Shown piece by piece: positions 38,926-49,896 of a DNA stretch of 64,000 nucleotides. The position numbers were made by a program, and so were the translations under genes. The notes beneath the pieces are model-generated. The model was not told the origin of the DNA and ran no database searches. It saw only the letters and a list, made by a program, of their open reading frames with translations. Positions within the stretch are counted from its first letter, which is position 1; every line of letters starts with the position of its first letter. Origin of the DNA: an uncultured Fibrobacterota bacterium (GTDB taxonomy: Bacteria > Fibrobacterota > Chitinivibrionia > Chitinivibrionales > FEN-1185); the NCBI GenBank assembly GCA_963729895.1, contig CAVSQB010000019.1, forward strand, positions 160,001-224,000. Direction: 5' to 3'.

Positions 38926-40149
38926 GTGATACTTGGGCTGGCTCGAACAATTCGGTCTCTCCGTTTGCCCGACGCATGCGCTGCCATCGCTGCGTTCACG
39001 ATGCTCGGCTGCGGTCCACGGCCCCTTCACGTGGATTGCACCGCGGTCAAGCGCGGAGAGATCGTCGCAAGGGTAACTGCGCCCGGGAACATCGCCGCCA
39101 CGAACGAAGTGCAGATCTCCGCATACGTCATGGGCATCATTACCCAGCTGCCGGTGGCCGAGGGAGATCGTGTGCAAAAAGGACAAAAGCTTGTGCAAAT
39201 CGATCCGACGCTTTACGCAGCCCAGGAGCGGCAGGCGCAGGCAAACCTTGCACTGGCCAAGGCCGGTCTTATGCAAAGTCATGCGGATTACATCCGCAAC
39301 GCCGGACTGTTCAAGCAAGCCCTTATTTCGCCGCAACAGATGGAAACCTCGTCCACGCAGTTTCATTCGGACTCGGCCAGGGTGAGCCAAGCGGAAGGGG
39401 CACTTGCGCAGGCCCAAGACCAGCTGTCAAAGACCGCGATATATTCGCCCTTGGACGGGACCGTTACGCAGCTCAATGTCAAAAAAGGCGAGGTTGTGGT
39501 GACCGGCACCATGAATATTCCCGGCTCGGTGCTCATGACCGTCTCGAATCTGGGAATCATGGAATTCGACGCGCAGGTTGACGAAAGCGATTTGCCGAGC
39601 GTGGCGCCGGACCAGAGTGCCTCACTGGCCATCGACGCGCTTCCCGACACGACGCTCCATGGTGCGGTCTTCGAAGTGGGCAGAGCTCCCTTGGGCGGCC
39701 AGCCTCAAGCGGGGGCGGCTACCTCTGTGACCTATCTCGTCAAAATCGGAATTCCCGGCAAGGTGCACGCCCTCACGCCGGGCATGTCCGGCACCGCAGA
39801 CATTACTGTTGCAGACAAGAAGAACGTTTTGTACATTCCGATTCAGTCCGTGGTAGCCAGACAGGTGGAAACGGAAAAACGGCAGTCCACCGAACGCGAA
39901 CAAACCCGAGGCCATCGACCCCAAGCGGTGCCCGCCTCAGCGCAACAAGCGCAAAAGGAAAAGGAACAGAACGCGGTGTACGTTAACAAAGGAGGTATTG
40001 CCCGTGTCGAACCGATAAGCATCGGCATCTCGGACCCGAACAGTATAGAAATAACGGGCGGCCTTAAAGAAGGCCAGCGCATCGTTTCCGGCCCGTTTTC
40101 CGTTCTTCGCACTCTTAAGGACGGTGATAGGGTTCAGGAAAAGAAATGA
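38926..40149 (+). CDS. Efflux periplasmic adaptor (MacA-like)
   Basis: V.EGDRVQKGQKLVQID lipoyl-like motif, helical hairpin, IYSPLDGTV. Confidence 0.9.
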   Translation: MILGLARTIRSLRLPDACAAIAAFTMLGCGPRPLHVDCTAVKRGEIVARVTAPGNIAATNEVQISAYVMGIITQLPVAEGDRVQKGQKLVQIDPTLYAAQERQAQANLALAKAGLMQSHADYIRNAGLFKQALISPQQMETSSTQFHSDSARVSQAEGALAQAQDQLSKTAIYSPLDGTVTQLNVKKGEVVVTGTMNIPGSVLMTVSNLGIMEFDAQVDESDLPSVAPDQSASLAIDALPDTTLHGAVFEVGRAPLGGQPQAGAATSVTYLVKIGIPGKVHALTPGMSGTADITVADKKNVLYIPIQSVVARQVETEKRQSTEREQTRGHRPQAVPASAQQAQKEKEQNAVYVNKGGIARVEPISIGISDPNSIEITGGLKEGQRIVSGPFSVLRTLKDGDRVQEKK

Positions 40150-40254
40150 TGAGCTGGAAAGAATCGTCATGCGTCAAGCCTGTCGAATTATGAACGTCAC
40201 GAAAACGGTTTCTTCGCAACCTGTTAATCCAATACCTCGTTAGACCGGAAGCCC

Positions 40255-40974
40255 ATGATTATAGATATGGAAAACGTCACCAAGGAATACCAGATGGGCA
40301 AAGTCCGCCTCCTGGTGCTCAAGGGTATTTCATTGACAATAGAAAAAGGCGACTATGTCGCGATCATGGGACCGTCGGGCTCAGGCAAATCAACGCTCAT
40401 GAACCTGCTTGGCTGCCTGGACACACCCACCTCCGGAAGGTATCTCCTCGGAGGCGAGAACGTCGCCACAAAAGACGACGACGAATTGGCCCATATCCGT
40501 AACCGCACCATCGGTTTCGTGTTCCAGACTTTCAACCTGCTGCCTTCCGAGGCATCGGTCCGCAATGTGGAGCTGCCGCTTCTATACGCAGGCGTCAACG
40601 CCGCGAAGCGGCATGAAGCGGCACGGCGGGCGCTTGCGGCCGTCGGCCTCGGCCACCGGTTGGCCCATCGGCCCACCGAGCTTTCCGGAGGAGAATCGCA
40701 GCGCGTGGCCATCGCACGCGCTATTGTCAATGAGCCGCCGATCATCATGGCCGACGAACCCACCGGCAACCTCGACACTGCAACCGGCGTGGAGATCATG
40801 GGCATATTCGACCGGATTCACGCCGAGGGGAAAACCATCATCCTGGTAACGCATGACGAAACCGTGGCGCGCCATGCCAGCCGCATTGTGCGGTTGAAAG
40901 ACGGGCTCATTGCCTTAGACGAACAAGCGCAGCGCGAAGCGTCACCATCCCCGGCCAACCGGGGTGCGCCATGA
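40255..40974 (+). CDS. ABC transporter ATP-binding protein (MacB/LolD-like)
   Basis: [27 protein letters not shown]. Confidence 0.95.
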   Translation: MIIDMENVTKEYQMGKVRLLVLKGISLTIEKGDYVAIMGPSGSGKSTLMNLLGCLDTPTSGRYLLGGENVATKDDDELAHIRNRTIGFVFQTFNLLPSEASVRNVELPLLYAGVNAAKRHEAARRALAAVGLGHRLAHRPTELSGGESQRVAIARAIVNEPPIIMADEPTGNLDTATGVEIMGIFDRIHAEGKTIILVTHDETVARHASRIVRLKDGLIALDEQAQREASPSPANRGAP

Positions 40975-42206
40975 ACATGATCGAACCGGTAAAACTGGCC
41001 TTCGGCGCGATACTGGCTCACAAACTTCGGTCTTTGCTCACCACCCTCGGCATCATGATAGGCGTACTCACGGTGATAGGCATGCTTGCCCTTATCGACG
41101 GGCTGAACCGGCTCGTGGGCCAGCAACTTTCTTCCATCGGCAGCACCACGCTGTATGTGCAAAAATTCGCATGGGTCATGAGCCGCGCGGAGTTCATCGA
41201 GACCAGAGGCAGGAAAAATCTCACTGTTCAGGATGCCGATGCTATTGCACGCCTGGCGCAATCGGTGCAGCGGGTGGCGCCCATGCTTACGCTTTTCGCC
41301 ACTGTACGATACCGAGGCCAGGAGGTCGACGGCGTCCAGATTATAGGTACCACGCCCGATTTTCTTACCATACAGGATTACGGTATAGAAAGCGGCCGGC
41401 CGCTAACGGTTGTAGACGAACAACACGCCCTCCAGAACGGCCTCGTCGGCTCGACAATCGCGGAAAAACTGTTCCCCGCCATCGATCCGCTTGGAAGGAA
41501 TATCACGATAAACCGGCAGCGCTTCACGGTAATCTCGACTCTCAAGAAGAAAGGATCGTTCTTCGGTAGCGACCAGGACAACCTTATTATCATTCCACTC
41601 TCGGTTTTTATGAAACGGTTTTCCGGCCAGGTCACCGAACGGGGTTTCGAGAGCGTCACCGTCGTTGTCCAGCCTCTCGACGAAGCACACATAGAATCTG
41701 CCAAGGGGGAAATCTCCTCCATCCTCAGGAAGATCCGAAAGGTGCCCGCCGGAAAACCGGACGATTTCAACATCAATACCGCAGACGAGCTGCTGTCTCT
41801 TTACAGGAAGATAACCACCGGCATTTTCGGGCTTATGGTAGGCGTGACGGCGTTGTCCCTTGTCGTCGGCGGAATCGGGATCATGAACATCATGCTCGTT
41901 TCGGTGTCCGAACGGATCAGAGAAATCGGGGTCAGGAAAGCAATAGGTGCGCGCAGGCGCGACATACTCGCACAGTTCCTGATCGAGGCTGTATCCCTGT
42001 CCCTCATCGGCGGCGTTATCGGAATGGGATTGGGGTTCCTTATGGCATGGGCTGTGTCGCACGTGGTCAAGCTTCCCGCAGCCGTATCGTGGTGGTCGAT
42101 TCTGCTTGGATTCGGCTTCTCTGCGTTTGTGGGTGTGTTCTTCGGGTGGTACCCGGCGTCGAGGGCATCAAAGTTGAATCCGATTGAGGCGCTCCGGCAT
42201 GAGTAA
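40971..42206 (+). CDS. ABC transporter permease (MacB/FtsX-like)
   Basis: [41 protein letters not shown]. Confidence 0.95.
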   Translation: MNMIEPVKLAFGAILAHKLRSLLTTLGIMIGVLTVIGMLALIDGLNRLVGQQLSSIGSTTLYVQKFAWVMSRAEFIETRGRKNLTVQDADAIARLAQSVQRVAPMLTLFATVRYRGQEVDGVQIIGTTPDFLTIQDYGIESGRPLTVVDEQHALQNGLVGSTIAEKLFPAIDPLGRNITINRQRFTVISTLKKKGSFFGSDQDNLIIIPLSVFMKRFSGQVTERGFESVTVVVQPLDEAHIESAKGEISSILRKIRKVPAGKPDDFNINTADELLSLYRKITTGIFGLMVGVTALSLVVGGIGIMNIMLVSVSERIREIGVRKAIGARRRDILAQFLIEAVSLSLIGGVIGMGLGFLMAWAVSHVVKLPAAVSWWSILLGFGFSAFVGVFFGWYPASRASKLNPIEALRHE

Positions 42207-42323
42207 TTCTTCAATCCCCGGGTTGCAGTGATCTGGTCGGCGCAGGCGGTTCCAACCGAACAAAAAGTAACTGCAAGCGCGCAGGTGGCAAGGAGCGCGG
42301 CCCCAGGTGAGGAGCGTGGCTCC

Positions 42324-44966
42324 CTATTTTTCTTGAAGCACCGGGCCCACGCGAACGACATAGGCGCCGCCGGAAATCCCCAGATCTTTTCGCAGATCAA
42401 CACTTTCCTTATTGGAAATCCTTTGTGCAACCAGCCTGCCCGACAAATCATATACCGCAAGCGAATAGTCGTGACCCGGCGAAGCGCCACGAAAAGAAAA
42501 ACGGCCGCCGGTTACCTTGAACATGCGAGACAAAGACGCCGGCGTCTTCTGCGGCACGGCGAGGGCAACGGCGACCGGGTTTCCCTGCCCCGATCCGAGG
42601 GTCACCGTGGTTCCATTGTACGCCATTGTTTTTGCAGAGCCGTTCGGGCTTGCAGTGAGTTGCGCGAATGTGTAGGCGCTGAGGGGCTTGGCTGTTCGTT
42701 CGAGGACGTAGATTTGGCCCGGCGCGGTGCCGAAGGAAACCACGCTGTCTGATGAGGTCAAGAGCACGGTGTTGTCCGATGATTTCCGGACCTGAAGTTG
42801 CTGGTTTCCCCAGGGGTTGATCACCGCCGCCGGTTCTCCATACTGGCTCTTGAGGCCGACATACTTGATTTCGCCGCTTTCCTTTTCCGAACTGACCAGA
42901 AACCCTCCTCGCGCGAGCAGAGTGAATTTGCTTACCAACGACGCGGTAGTCGGCAGCGCGGGAAACACTCTTATCGTGTCGTTGTAACTCTGAAGCAGGG
43001 ACTCGTTCATCACCACAAGATGCACGCCGATGAATTCGAACACGCCGTTTGTATTGTTTGTGAAGCCGTTGGGATAGCTCTGGTACGTAGCCAGCATCTG
43101 TTTCATGCCGTTCATCGCATTGTCACCGAGCCCGAGCCGCGCAGCCTGGATCGCGTCGGGCGACCAGATGTTCGAGTATGGATTCGGCCTGCTGTTCCAG
43201 TTGTTGAGCGCGGTCTGATAATCCGGTTTTCCGATCCCGGTGACGCTGTACGGCCACATTATTTCGCACGCAACATTTTCTCCATTTTCCTGGGGAACGG
43301 TGGGCGGATCGTAGGCCAGATACCGGGTTCCCCCATTGTACGCCTCGGTCTTGAAGGGAACGAGGCTGTCGAGAATACCCTGCCAGCGCGGCCACAAAGC
43401 GCCATCCACGTTCAATGCCTTTGCAACCTGGATCACCTGAGGAAACAGCGAACGCACCGCAGCCAGATCGGTTATGGCGTTCTTTACATTCCAGTACGTT
43501 TCGTGCGCATTGGAATTCGCCATGTAATACTGTTTTGATCCGGCATCGTACGACAATTTCCCGGCATAGAATTGCGCCGTTGCTTTCATGTACGGATACG
43601 CGGTGTCCCGCAGGAAAGCCGAATCGCCGGTATAAGCGAACCGCATGAACATGTTTGACGAAACTTCCGCGCCGGTTGAGTAGATTTTGTCGGTATAGGT
43701 GCTGCTCGTGGTCCACGTCGGATCGCCGTTGAAGCCCATGGTTTCGGGGGTCCAGGCGCCGTTTATGGAAAAGTCGGCGTTGGTGTACGATTCGATCGCG
43801 GCGAGGTTCCGGCTGTACAGCCGGTAGAATCCGGCGATCGCATCCGGATGATTGGATGCCAGCATGGAATTGTATACGTCGCGCTGGTTCCAATACCAGT
43901 AGGCTCCGCTCCAGTGTATGCCGATATCGGCGTTGCTTTTGAATACCCCGTTGATAAAGTGAAACGGATAGTTGCCGTATGCGCCGGACGCGATGATGTA
44001 CTCGGCGAGATAGTAAAAGTTCTCAAGGTAGTCCGCGTCGCCGGCGGCGTCCGAATACTGGACAAACGATTTGTTCCAGAAGGCGTGCCACCAGGCGGTA
44101 AACGCCGACAGCGTCGCGGCATACCCTGCGGCCTTTAGTGACGCGAGGAGGCTGGTCGCCTGGGTCACCGAATTGTTCCCGGGCGCATTGAGCCTGCTTG
44201 CGCAGGCGATCCAGATTGTGTAACTTGATGTCGGCGTCACCATCAACTGAACTGTTCTGTTGTCAACTTGTTTGCTGGTGAAAGCGGCGCCGTCAACGGT
44301 GGCCGCCAGCGTATACCCGAAATTGTTTGCATCCGTCTGGCCCCGGCTGACTCCCGCCGCGTTCTGGTTCGCAAACGAGGTGACCGTTTTCCACGTGTTG
44401 ATGTCCGGCACGTCGGCCATCATGGAGTTCCAACCGCCGGTTGACGTCATCTGCGTGTTCGGATCCCACATGCTCACCTGGAAGGTCACTGATTTCACCC
44501 CGGAACGGCTGTCTTCGACATGAATGCCGAGCACTTCCGAGTTCGGGGACCCCATTATCGTCACCGTTCGATTGCTGTCGTACTTGGCGGTGATCGAGCC
44601 GTCGTACAGCGAAAGGGACTGCTGAAACGTGGTGTAATTTGAATCCATGCCCGGACTTGTCGACAAATTCAACAACCCTTCCGAAAAACAGGTCTCCTCC
44701 GAAGCATCCACGCCGGTTACCTGCGCGGTAATTCCATTGACATTCCAGACCATGGCGCCCACCCGGCCGTTTCCGACCGTGAGCGCGTTTGTGAAATTGG
44801 TAATGGGCTTGTTGAATACAATATCGCTTTTCGACAGGTACTTGCCGTAGTCGACCGAGAGCACGCCCTGGGTTTGATCGAACGACTGGGTGGCGGCACA
44901 CACGGTGGTTTGAAGGCAGGCGATGGTAAGCAATGTCATGTGCAGAGCAATCAAACGCTGGTTCAT
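42324..44966 (-). CDS. Secreted glycoside hydrolase, GH95-like, with C-terminal sorting tail
   Basis: LTVGNGRVGAMVW N-domain; SLLQS..IRVFPALP..LLARGGFLVS end of catalytic region; tail VYDLSGRLV..GAYVVRV. Confidence 0.7.
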   Translation of the reverse strand: MNQRLIALHMTLLTIACLQTTVCAATQSFDQTQGVLSVDYGKYLSKSDIVFNKPITNFTNALTVGNGRVGAMVWNVNGITAQVTGVDASEETCFSEGLLNLSTSPGMDSNYTTFQQSLSLYDGSITAKYDSNRTVTIMGSPNSEVLGIHVEDSRSGVKSVTFQVSMWDPNTQMTSTGGWNSMMADVPDINTWKTVTSFANQNAAGVSRGQTDANNFGYTLAATVDGAAFTSKQVDNRTVQLMVTPTSSYTIWIACASRLNAPGNNSVTQATSLLASLKAAGYAATLSAFTAWWHAFWNKSFVQYSDAAGDADYLENFYYLAEYIIASGAYGNYPFHFINGVFKSNADIGIHWSGAYWYWNQRDVYNSMLASNHPDAIAGFYRLYSRNLAAIESYTNADFSINGAWTPETMGFNGDPTWTTSSTYTDKIYSTGAEVSSNMFMRFAYTGDSAFLRDTAYPYMKATAQFYAGKLSYDAGSKQYYMANSNAHETYWNVKNAITDLAAVRSLFPQVIQVAKALNVDGALWPRWQGILDSLVPFKTEAYNGGTRYLAYDPPTVPQENGENVACEIMWPYSVTGIGKPDYQTALNNWNSRPNPYSNIWSPDAIQAARLGLGDNAMNGMKQMLATYQSYPNGFTNNTNGVFEFIGVHLVVMNESLLQSYNDTIRVFPALPTTASLVSKFTLLARGGFLVSSEKESGEIKYVGLKSQYGEPAAVINPWGNQQLQVRKSSDNTVLLTSSDSVVSFGTAPGQIYVLERTAKPLSAYTFAQLTASPNGSAKTMAYNGTTVTLGSGQGNPVAVALAVPQKTPASLSRMFKVTGGRFSFRGASPGHDYSLAVYDLSGRLVAQRISNKESVDLRKDLGISGGAYVVRVGPVLQEK

Positions 44967-45032
44967 GGATTCCTCCAACTTAAATGATGATAAATTCGGA
45001 AACGCGTAAATCCACTCTCACTTTCCCGACCT

Positions 45033-47564
45033 TTACGGCATTGTCTTGACCGTGACGATATGCACGCCGTTCGAAACGTTGAAATCTTCTCGTAAATCAA
45101 CAGAGTTCCTCTTAACGATTTTGATCCCCTCAAGCTTGCCTCGCAGGTCGTAAACGGCAACGACCTTGACCTTCCCTGCAAAAGCCTTATCAAAAACTAT
45201 GCGGTCGCTTGCCGTTTTGAGAGTCATAGGAAGCTGCATGAACGCCGTGAGTCCGGCCGCCTCCCGGGGGCGTATTCGGACAGGAGCGCATGAAATCTGT
45301 GCGCCAGCGTACACTAGTTGACAATCAGGATTCTCCGTTTGCCCCTCGCCGACACCGTGGTTACTTTTCACATATACGATATTGAAAACTTTTTTCTGGT
45401 CCATGCCGGCAAAGCTGCCGCTCCGAACGCCAATGATTACATTTTGAGGATTGTCGATGTAGGTAATCGGAATTGTCGCGTATTGCCCTTGTTCGTAATT
45501 GTAATTGTCGTTCTCATCTTCGTACAGGGAGAAGCTTCCGTTTGCGCCGGAGTACACCCGCAGTTCGACGGTATCGGCCGGTTTTTCCGTCGCGTATTGG
45601 AGCTCCGGCCCCATGGGCACGATTGAACCTGCGCGGACGTATAATGGTATCGTCTGCAGCGGCGCGGACCCGGTGATCGTCGTTCCCCCGTTGACCTGGG
45701 TCCCGGTCCAAAAGTTCCACCATTTGCCCGCCGGCAAATAGACCTGGCGCGTGGTCGAGCCAGGCGTGGTAACGGGGTTGACCATGATGGCGGGTCCGAA
45801 CATGTACTGATTGGATATACTCCGTACAGTAGGATCAGACTGAAAATCCATTACCAGGCCGCGCATGATGGTATATCCCTGATTAGTCACCATTGATGCG
45901 AGAGAGTAAATGTACGGCAGGAGCCTGTAACGCAGATTCATGTAGTTAGTCAAGATTGGGACGGCCGTCGTGTCATATCGCCAGGGTTCCTTGTCGCCGC
46001 AGCCATGCACTCGGAACATCGGACAAAAGGCGCCGAATTGGAACCAGCGGACCATTTTCTCAGAGTCGCAATTTGTCCAGTAGCCCCCAATGTCGTCGCA
46101 CCAATAGGGTATTCCGGACAGGCAGAAATTGAGGCCGCCGGCAATTTCCTTCCTGAACGTTGACCATGCGGAATCTATGTCTCCCGACCACACCGTCGTC
46201 GCGAAGTGCTGCTGACCGGCCCAGGCGGAACGGGTGAGCGTATATACCCTTTTGCTCGCGTCATACAGACGCCTGCCTTCGTAGGTCGTTTTACATTGCA
46301 CGGATGAATACGCCGGACAGCGCCAGTCCAGGTTCTGATACATGCTTCCTTCCGTAGCGTCGTGCCAGAATGCGTCGAATCCCTTGGGCATGATCGCGTC
46401 TTTGATCTGCCGCCAGTATATCGAATCGCAAACAGGGTTGAAAGGATTGAAATACTCTCCGTTGTAATCGGACGCCTCAAGGCAGCCGGCTGCATTCAGT
46501 TCATTGTAATTCGCGGTTCCGGATGCAAAGGCCGGCCAGATCGAAAGCATGCAATGCTCGTGAAGCTTATGGATTGAATCGCACATTGCCGAAGGATCAG
46601 GATAGTTGGAATTGAATATGTGCGAGCCGCACGCGGTCCACCAGTTCCAGTCCTGGACGATCATGTCGATAGGGAGTTTCCGGTTCCTGAATTCCTTGGC
46701 TATATTGAGGATCTCGGCCTGTGAACCATATTGACATTTGCTTTGAATGTACCCATACGCCCATTTTCCGAACATCGGTGCATTGCCGGTGGCCAACCGA
46801 TACCCGCTGATCACCGAATCGACGGCTGGTCCGTAAATGAAATAGTAATCCAGGAAGGGCGAGGAGTTGGCGTGGATATTCATGACCGTATTGTTTTGCT
46901 GCCATTGAATCGACCATAAAGAATTGTCCCACAGAATGCCGTAACCCTTGCTCGAAACAGCAAACGGAACGACATATACGGAAGTGTATTGTTGAGGATA
47001 TAACGTGACATTTCGTCCGTTATACGTGATGCTCGAATCGTGTTCGTACTGGCCAAGCCCGTAAATCGCCTCGTTCGACGCGATTGTAAAGGGAGTCGTA
47101 AAACTGTATGGCGCATCGGGAAACGTGGTGCTTGCGGCCATGTCGTTTCCGCTGTTCAGCGCAAGTGATGATCCCGAAAGGTCTCCAAAATTGATTGCAC
47201 CGGTCGACGTGGTGACTGAAACTGAAATTGCGGAAGTCGCAATCCATACCTGGCCGGGCGGCTCGGTGACGGTGTATGATACGGCGTCCCACGATGTCTT
47301 GATGATCGCGGTAAAATCCTTGGCGACGAAGGTGCTGCCCGGCGTGCACCAGACGCGGATGATCGTCGGCGTGCATACCGTCACGTTCAACATGCCGCTC
47401 TGCATGGTAAACTGGACGGTCTGTCCGTTCTTCACGTAGCTTACCACCGGGCCCAATGATGCTGCGTTTGCGGTGTGCTGCAGCAGGATTGCCATTCCTA
47501 TGAGAATTACTGAAAAATGCGATTTCGCCGACGCCGCACATGAGCAGCGCATTGATTTTGACAT
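45033..47564 (-). CDS. Secreted GH31 alpha-glycosidase (alpha-xylosidase-like)
   Basis: YGLGQ, FWHDATE nucleophile region, WSGDI, DDIGGY, RWFQFGAF.P..RVHG, LYEDEND; C-terminal sorting tail. Confidence 0.9.
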   Translation of the reverse strand: MSKSMRCSCAASAKSHFSVILIGMAILLQHTANAASLGPVVSYVKNGQTVQFTMQSGMLNVTVCTPTIIRVWCTPGSTFVAKDFTAIIKTSWDAVSYTVTEPPGQVWIATSAISVSVTTSTGAINFGDLSGSSLALNSGNDMAASTTFPDAPYSFTTPFTIASNEAIYGLGQYEHDSSITYNGRNVTLYPQQYTSVYVVPFAVSSKGYGILWDNSLWSIQWQQNNTVMNIHANSSPFLDYYFIYGPAVDSVISGYRLATGNAPMFGKWAYGYIQSKCQYGSQAEILNIAKEFRNRKLPIDMIVQDWNWWTACGSHIFNSNYPDPSAMCDSIHKLHEHCMLSIWPAFASGTANYNELNAAGCLEASDYNGEYFNPFNPVCDSIYWRQIKDAIMPKGFDAFWHDATEGSMYQNLDWRCPAYSSVQCKTTYEGRRLYDASKRVYTLTRSAWAGQQHFATTVWSGDIDSAWSTFRKEIAGGLNFCLSGIPYWCDDIGGYWTNCDSEKMVRWFQFGAFCPMFRVHGCGDKEPWRYDTTAVPILTNYMNLRYRLLPYIYSLASMVTNQGYTIMRGLVMDFQSDPTVRSISNQYMFGPAIMVNPVTTPGSTTRQVYLPAGKWWNFWTGTQVNGGTTITGSAPLQTIPLYVRAGSIVPMGPELQYATEKPADTVELRVYSGANGSFSLYEDENDNYNYEQGQYATIPITYIDNPQNVIIGVRSGSFAGMDQKKVFNIVYVKSNHGVGEGQTENPDCQLVYAGAQISCAPVRIRPREAAGLTAFMQLPMTLKTASDRIVFDKAFAGKVKVVAVYDLRGKLEGIKIVKRNSVDLREDFNVSNGVHIVTVKTMP

Positions 47565-47651
47565 ACCAAGTCCCACCCTTTTTTATCAGAGCATTCCGTT
47601 ATCGCAACGCTTTAACTTTCACGGTATACACGCCGTTCGGTATGCGGTCCA

Positions 47652-49706
47652 CTATTTCCGGCTCGCAAGAACAACCGTACGCGCTTCAACTGGATACCGC
47701 CTTGCCGCATCCTTCATGCAGACTTTCACGATGTAAACGCCGGCGCCAAGATCACCGGAGGGACAGGAAATCGCGTCGGCGCCTTTGTGTGACGAAAATT
47801 TTTGACCGCTCCAGATCAACCGTCCCGAGGAGTTGAAAATCGAAATCTCGGCTGTGCCGTTTTCGCCCGGAACGGCATAGCGGACCATCAACGCGTTGCG
47901 CGCTTGCGCCACGGTCATGCCGCAGCCTTCGCCTGGATTCTGCGACGGCACTTTGACCGCCGTGGCCGGAAGCGTGTCGGGAATCCCGATGTTGTTTTTT
48001 CCAAAGGTGACGATGAACGTGGCCGGCGCATCGTTCTGGTACGCAAGCTGGCCCGGAACTCTGTTTATAAGTTGACATGAGTCGAAATAGGCTGACCCCA
48101 CAGACCCGGATTGGATCCAGATTGCCGTTTGCGCGGGATGGTCGATGATGTTGTTTGGCTGGACGTTCATGGTGACCGTGTTGCTGCCGACGGTCATCCC
48201 ATAAAATTGCGCGTCCTTGATGGTGTTATTGGAAATGGTCACGTTGACCACTTTCCCTCCCGGAGAGGCATTGACGGCCATGCCGGCAGGATTGCGGCGT
48301 CCGCCGCACCGCATGATGACATTGCCGGTAACCACCGCCGAGTCTAGGTTATTGCCGTCGGAGCCGAAAACGCCGATGTACATGCCCGCTTCTTTTACGT
48401 CGTCGAGAATCAGGTTGTTTTCCGCGCGCACATTCTTGCCGCCCGCTATTCGCAGGCCGTTTGCCCACCACATGCCCACCGTGGTGTTGTTTCGCAGGGT
48501 GGCGCCATTGATCTCCTGTGATTCCGTGACGGAGTAGATTGTGGCCCCGTCGTCGCCGCAGCCGCGCGTGAAGTTGTTTTGCGCGAGAAGGTTGGTTCCG
48601 ACACCGCCGCCGGCGGAGCCGTTATTCATGTTAAGACCATCGCCCCAGCATAGTGAGGACCGGCTGTTCTGGAGAGTGCCGTTTGTGCCGCAGCACCAGA
48701 ATCCGGCCCAACAACCGTGAATCGCCCACACCCGGTCGATGAGCCAATTTGTTCCTGCGATATTGACGCCGCCCATGCCCTGGTCGCGCTGCACGGTCAC
48801 CGCATCGACGCAGAAATCCTCCAGCGTGCAGGAGACCGCCTGGATCTGCCCCATGGTGAAGTACAACGTGGTATACCACATTCCCGCTCCCGCTATCGTA
48901 ACGCCGTTGGGGCTGAAATTGGCGGTCAAATAATATTTGCCGGCAGGAACCCACACCGACTTGCCCTTGGACTTTGCATCGGAACAACACGAATTGAATG
49001 CACCGTTGACACTTGCAGTATCCGCCCCCGTGGCTCCGTAATCGGCAACCGACAGCGAATTGGCCGGACGCGACTTTGGAGCGGCGGATTCGAGATCGAT
49101 GCAGTCGATGTAATAAAACGAGGCGGTGTTCGCCGCGTCCTTTTTGAGCACGATCGTATCGCCGGCGTGAAGTGCGGCGCCGGTGATGTGGGTTCGGGAC
49201 TCATCGTAAAACACGTGCGGACCGCCTGTAGAGGGAGTCTGGCTCATGCCGTTGTTGTTGCCGTCCGTACCGTCGTACACCCACGTTTGCCGTGAGGTAA
49301 GCGGTATGGCCTGGCGGAGAATTCCGTTTATGTAAAGATCAAGCGTGGCGTCGATCCCGCCGCCCGTTGGCGAGTCCGGGATGCACTCGCGGATATTGAT
49401 CGTGTTGGCGCTGTCGACCGGGTTGACCCACGTTACAGAGGCGCCGGCGGCGCTGAGCTCGACACAGCTCCTGCCCGAGGCTTCGAGTTCCGGGCTCGAC
49501 AGCGCGTTGGCGGGTATTGTCTGCAACGTGCGCACAATGGCCCCTCCGCCGATGACACCGGCCTCGGCTTCGATGGTGGTGAACGGGGTCGTTGCCCCAA
49601 CGGTTTGCGCGGCACCGACTCCCCGAACCAAAAGAAAGCACCATAGTATCAGAACCACGTTGCGGAAAATTTGGGTGGTCCCGCAGCAGGTGTTTGATGT
49701 CTTCAT
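47652..49706 (-). CDS. Secreted beta-helix glycoside hydrolase (GH87/alpha-1,3-glucanase-like)
   Basis: GATTPFTTIEAEAG, EASGRSCV, IPDSPTGGGIDATL, GAGMWYT, WGDGLN, GDDG; C-terminal sorting tail. Confidence 0.7.
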   Translation of the reverse strand: MKTSNTCCGTTQIFRNVVLILWCFLLVRGVGAAQTVGATTPFTTIEAEAGVIGGGAIVRTLQTIPANALSSPELEASGRSCVELSAAGASVTWVNPVDSANTINIRECIPDSPTGGGIDATLDLYINGILRQAIPLTSRQTWVYDGTDGNNNGMSQTPSTGGPHVFYDESRTHITGAALHAGDTIVLKKDAANTASFYYIDCIDLESAAPKSRPANSLSVADYGATGADTASVNGAFNSCCSDAKSKGKSVWVPAGKYYLTANFSPNGVTIAGAGMWYTTLYFTMGQIQAVSCTLEDFCVDAVTVQRDQGMGGVNIAGTNWLIDRVWAIHGCWAGFWCCGTNGTLQNSRSSLCWGDGLNMNNGSAGGGVGTNLLAQNNFTRGCGDDGATIYSVTESQEINGATLRNNTTVGMWWANGLRIAGGKNVRAENNLILDDVKEAGMYIGVFGSDGNNLDSAVVTGNVIMRCGGRRNPAGMAVNASPGGKVVNVTISNNTIKDAQFYGMTVGSNTVTMNVQPNNIIDHPAQTAIWIQSGSVGSAYFDSCQLINRVPGQLAYQNDAPATFIVTFGKNNIGIPDTLPATAVKVPSQNPGEGCGMTVAQARNALMVRYAVPGENGTAEISIFNSSGRLIWSGQKFSSHKGADAISCPSGDLGAGVYIVKVCMKDAARRYPVEARTVVLASRK

Positions 49707-49896
49707 GATTGGAAGCCTCCCCTTTTGACACATGGTTTACCGGACAAAAGACCAAGTTGCACTGACAATCAGCTAATATAAGAGATCCAACTTATAAGAG
49801 AATTTGCGATTTATTAATTTCATTGAGATGGTTATATATTAATGAATGATCCGTCCTCTGCGTGGATCGTGTCCGGTATGGACAAGAACGGACTAG

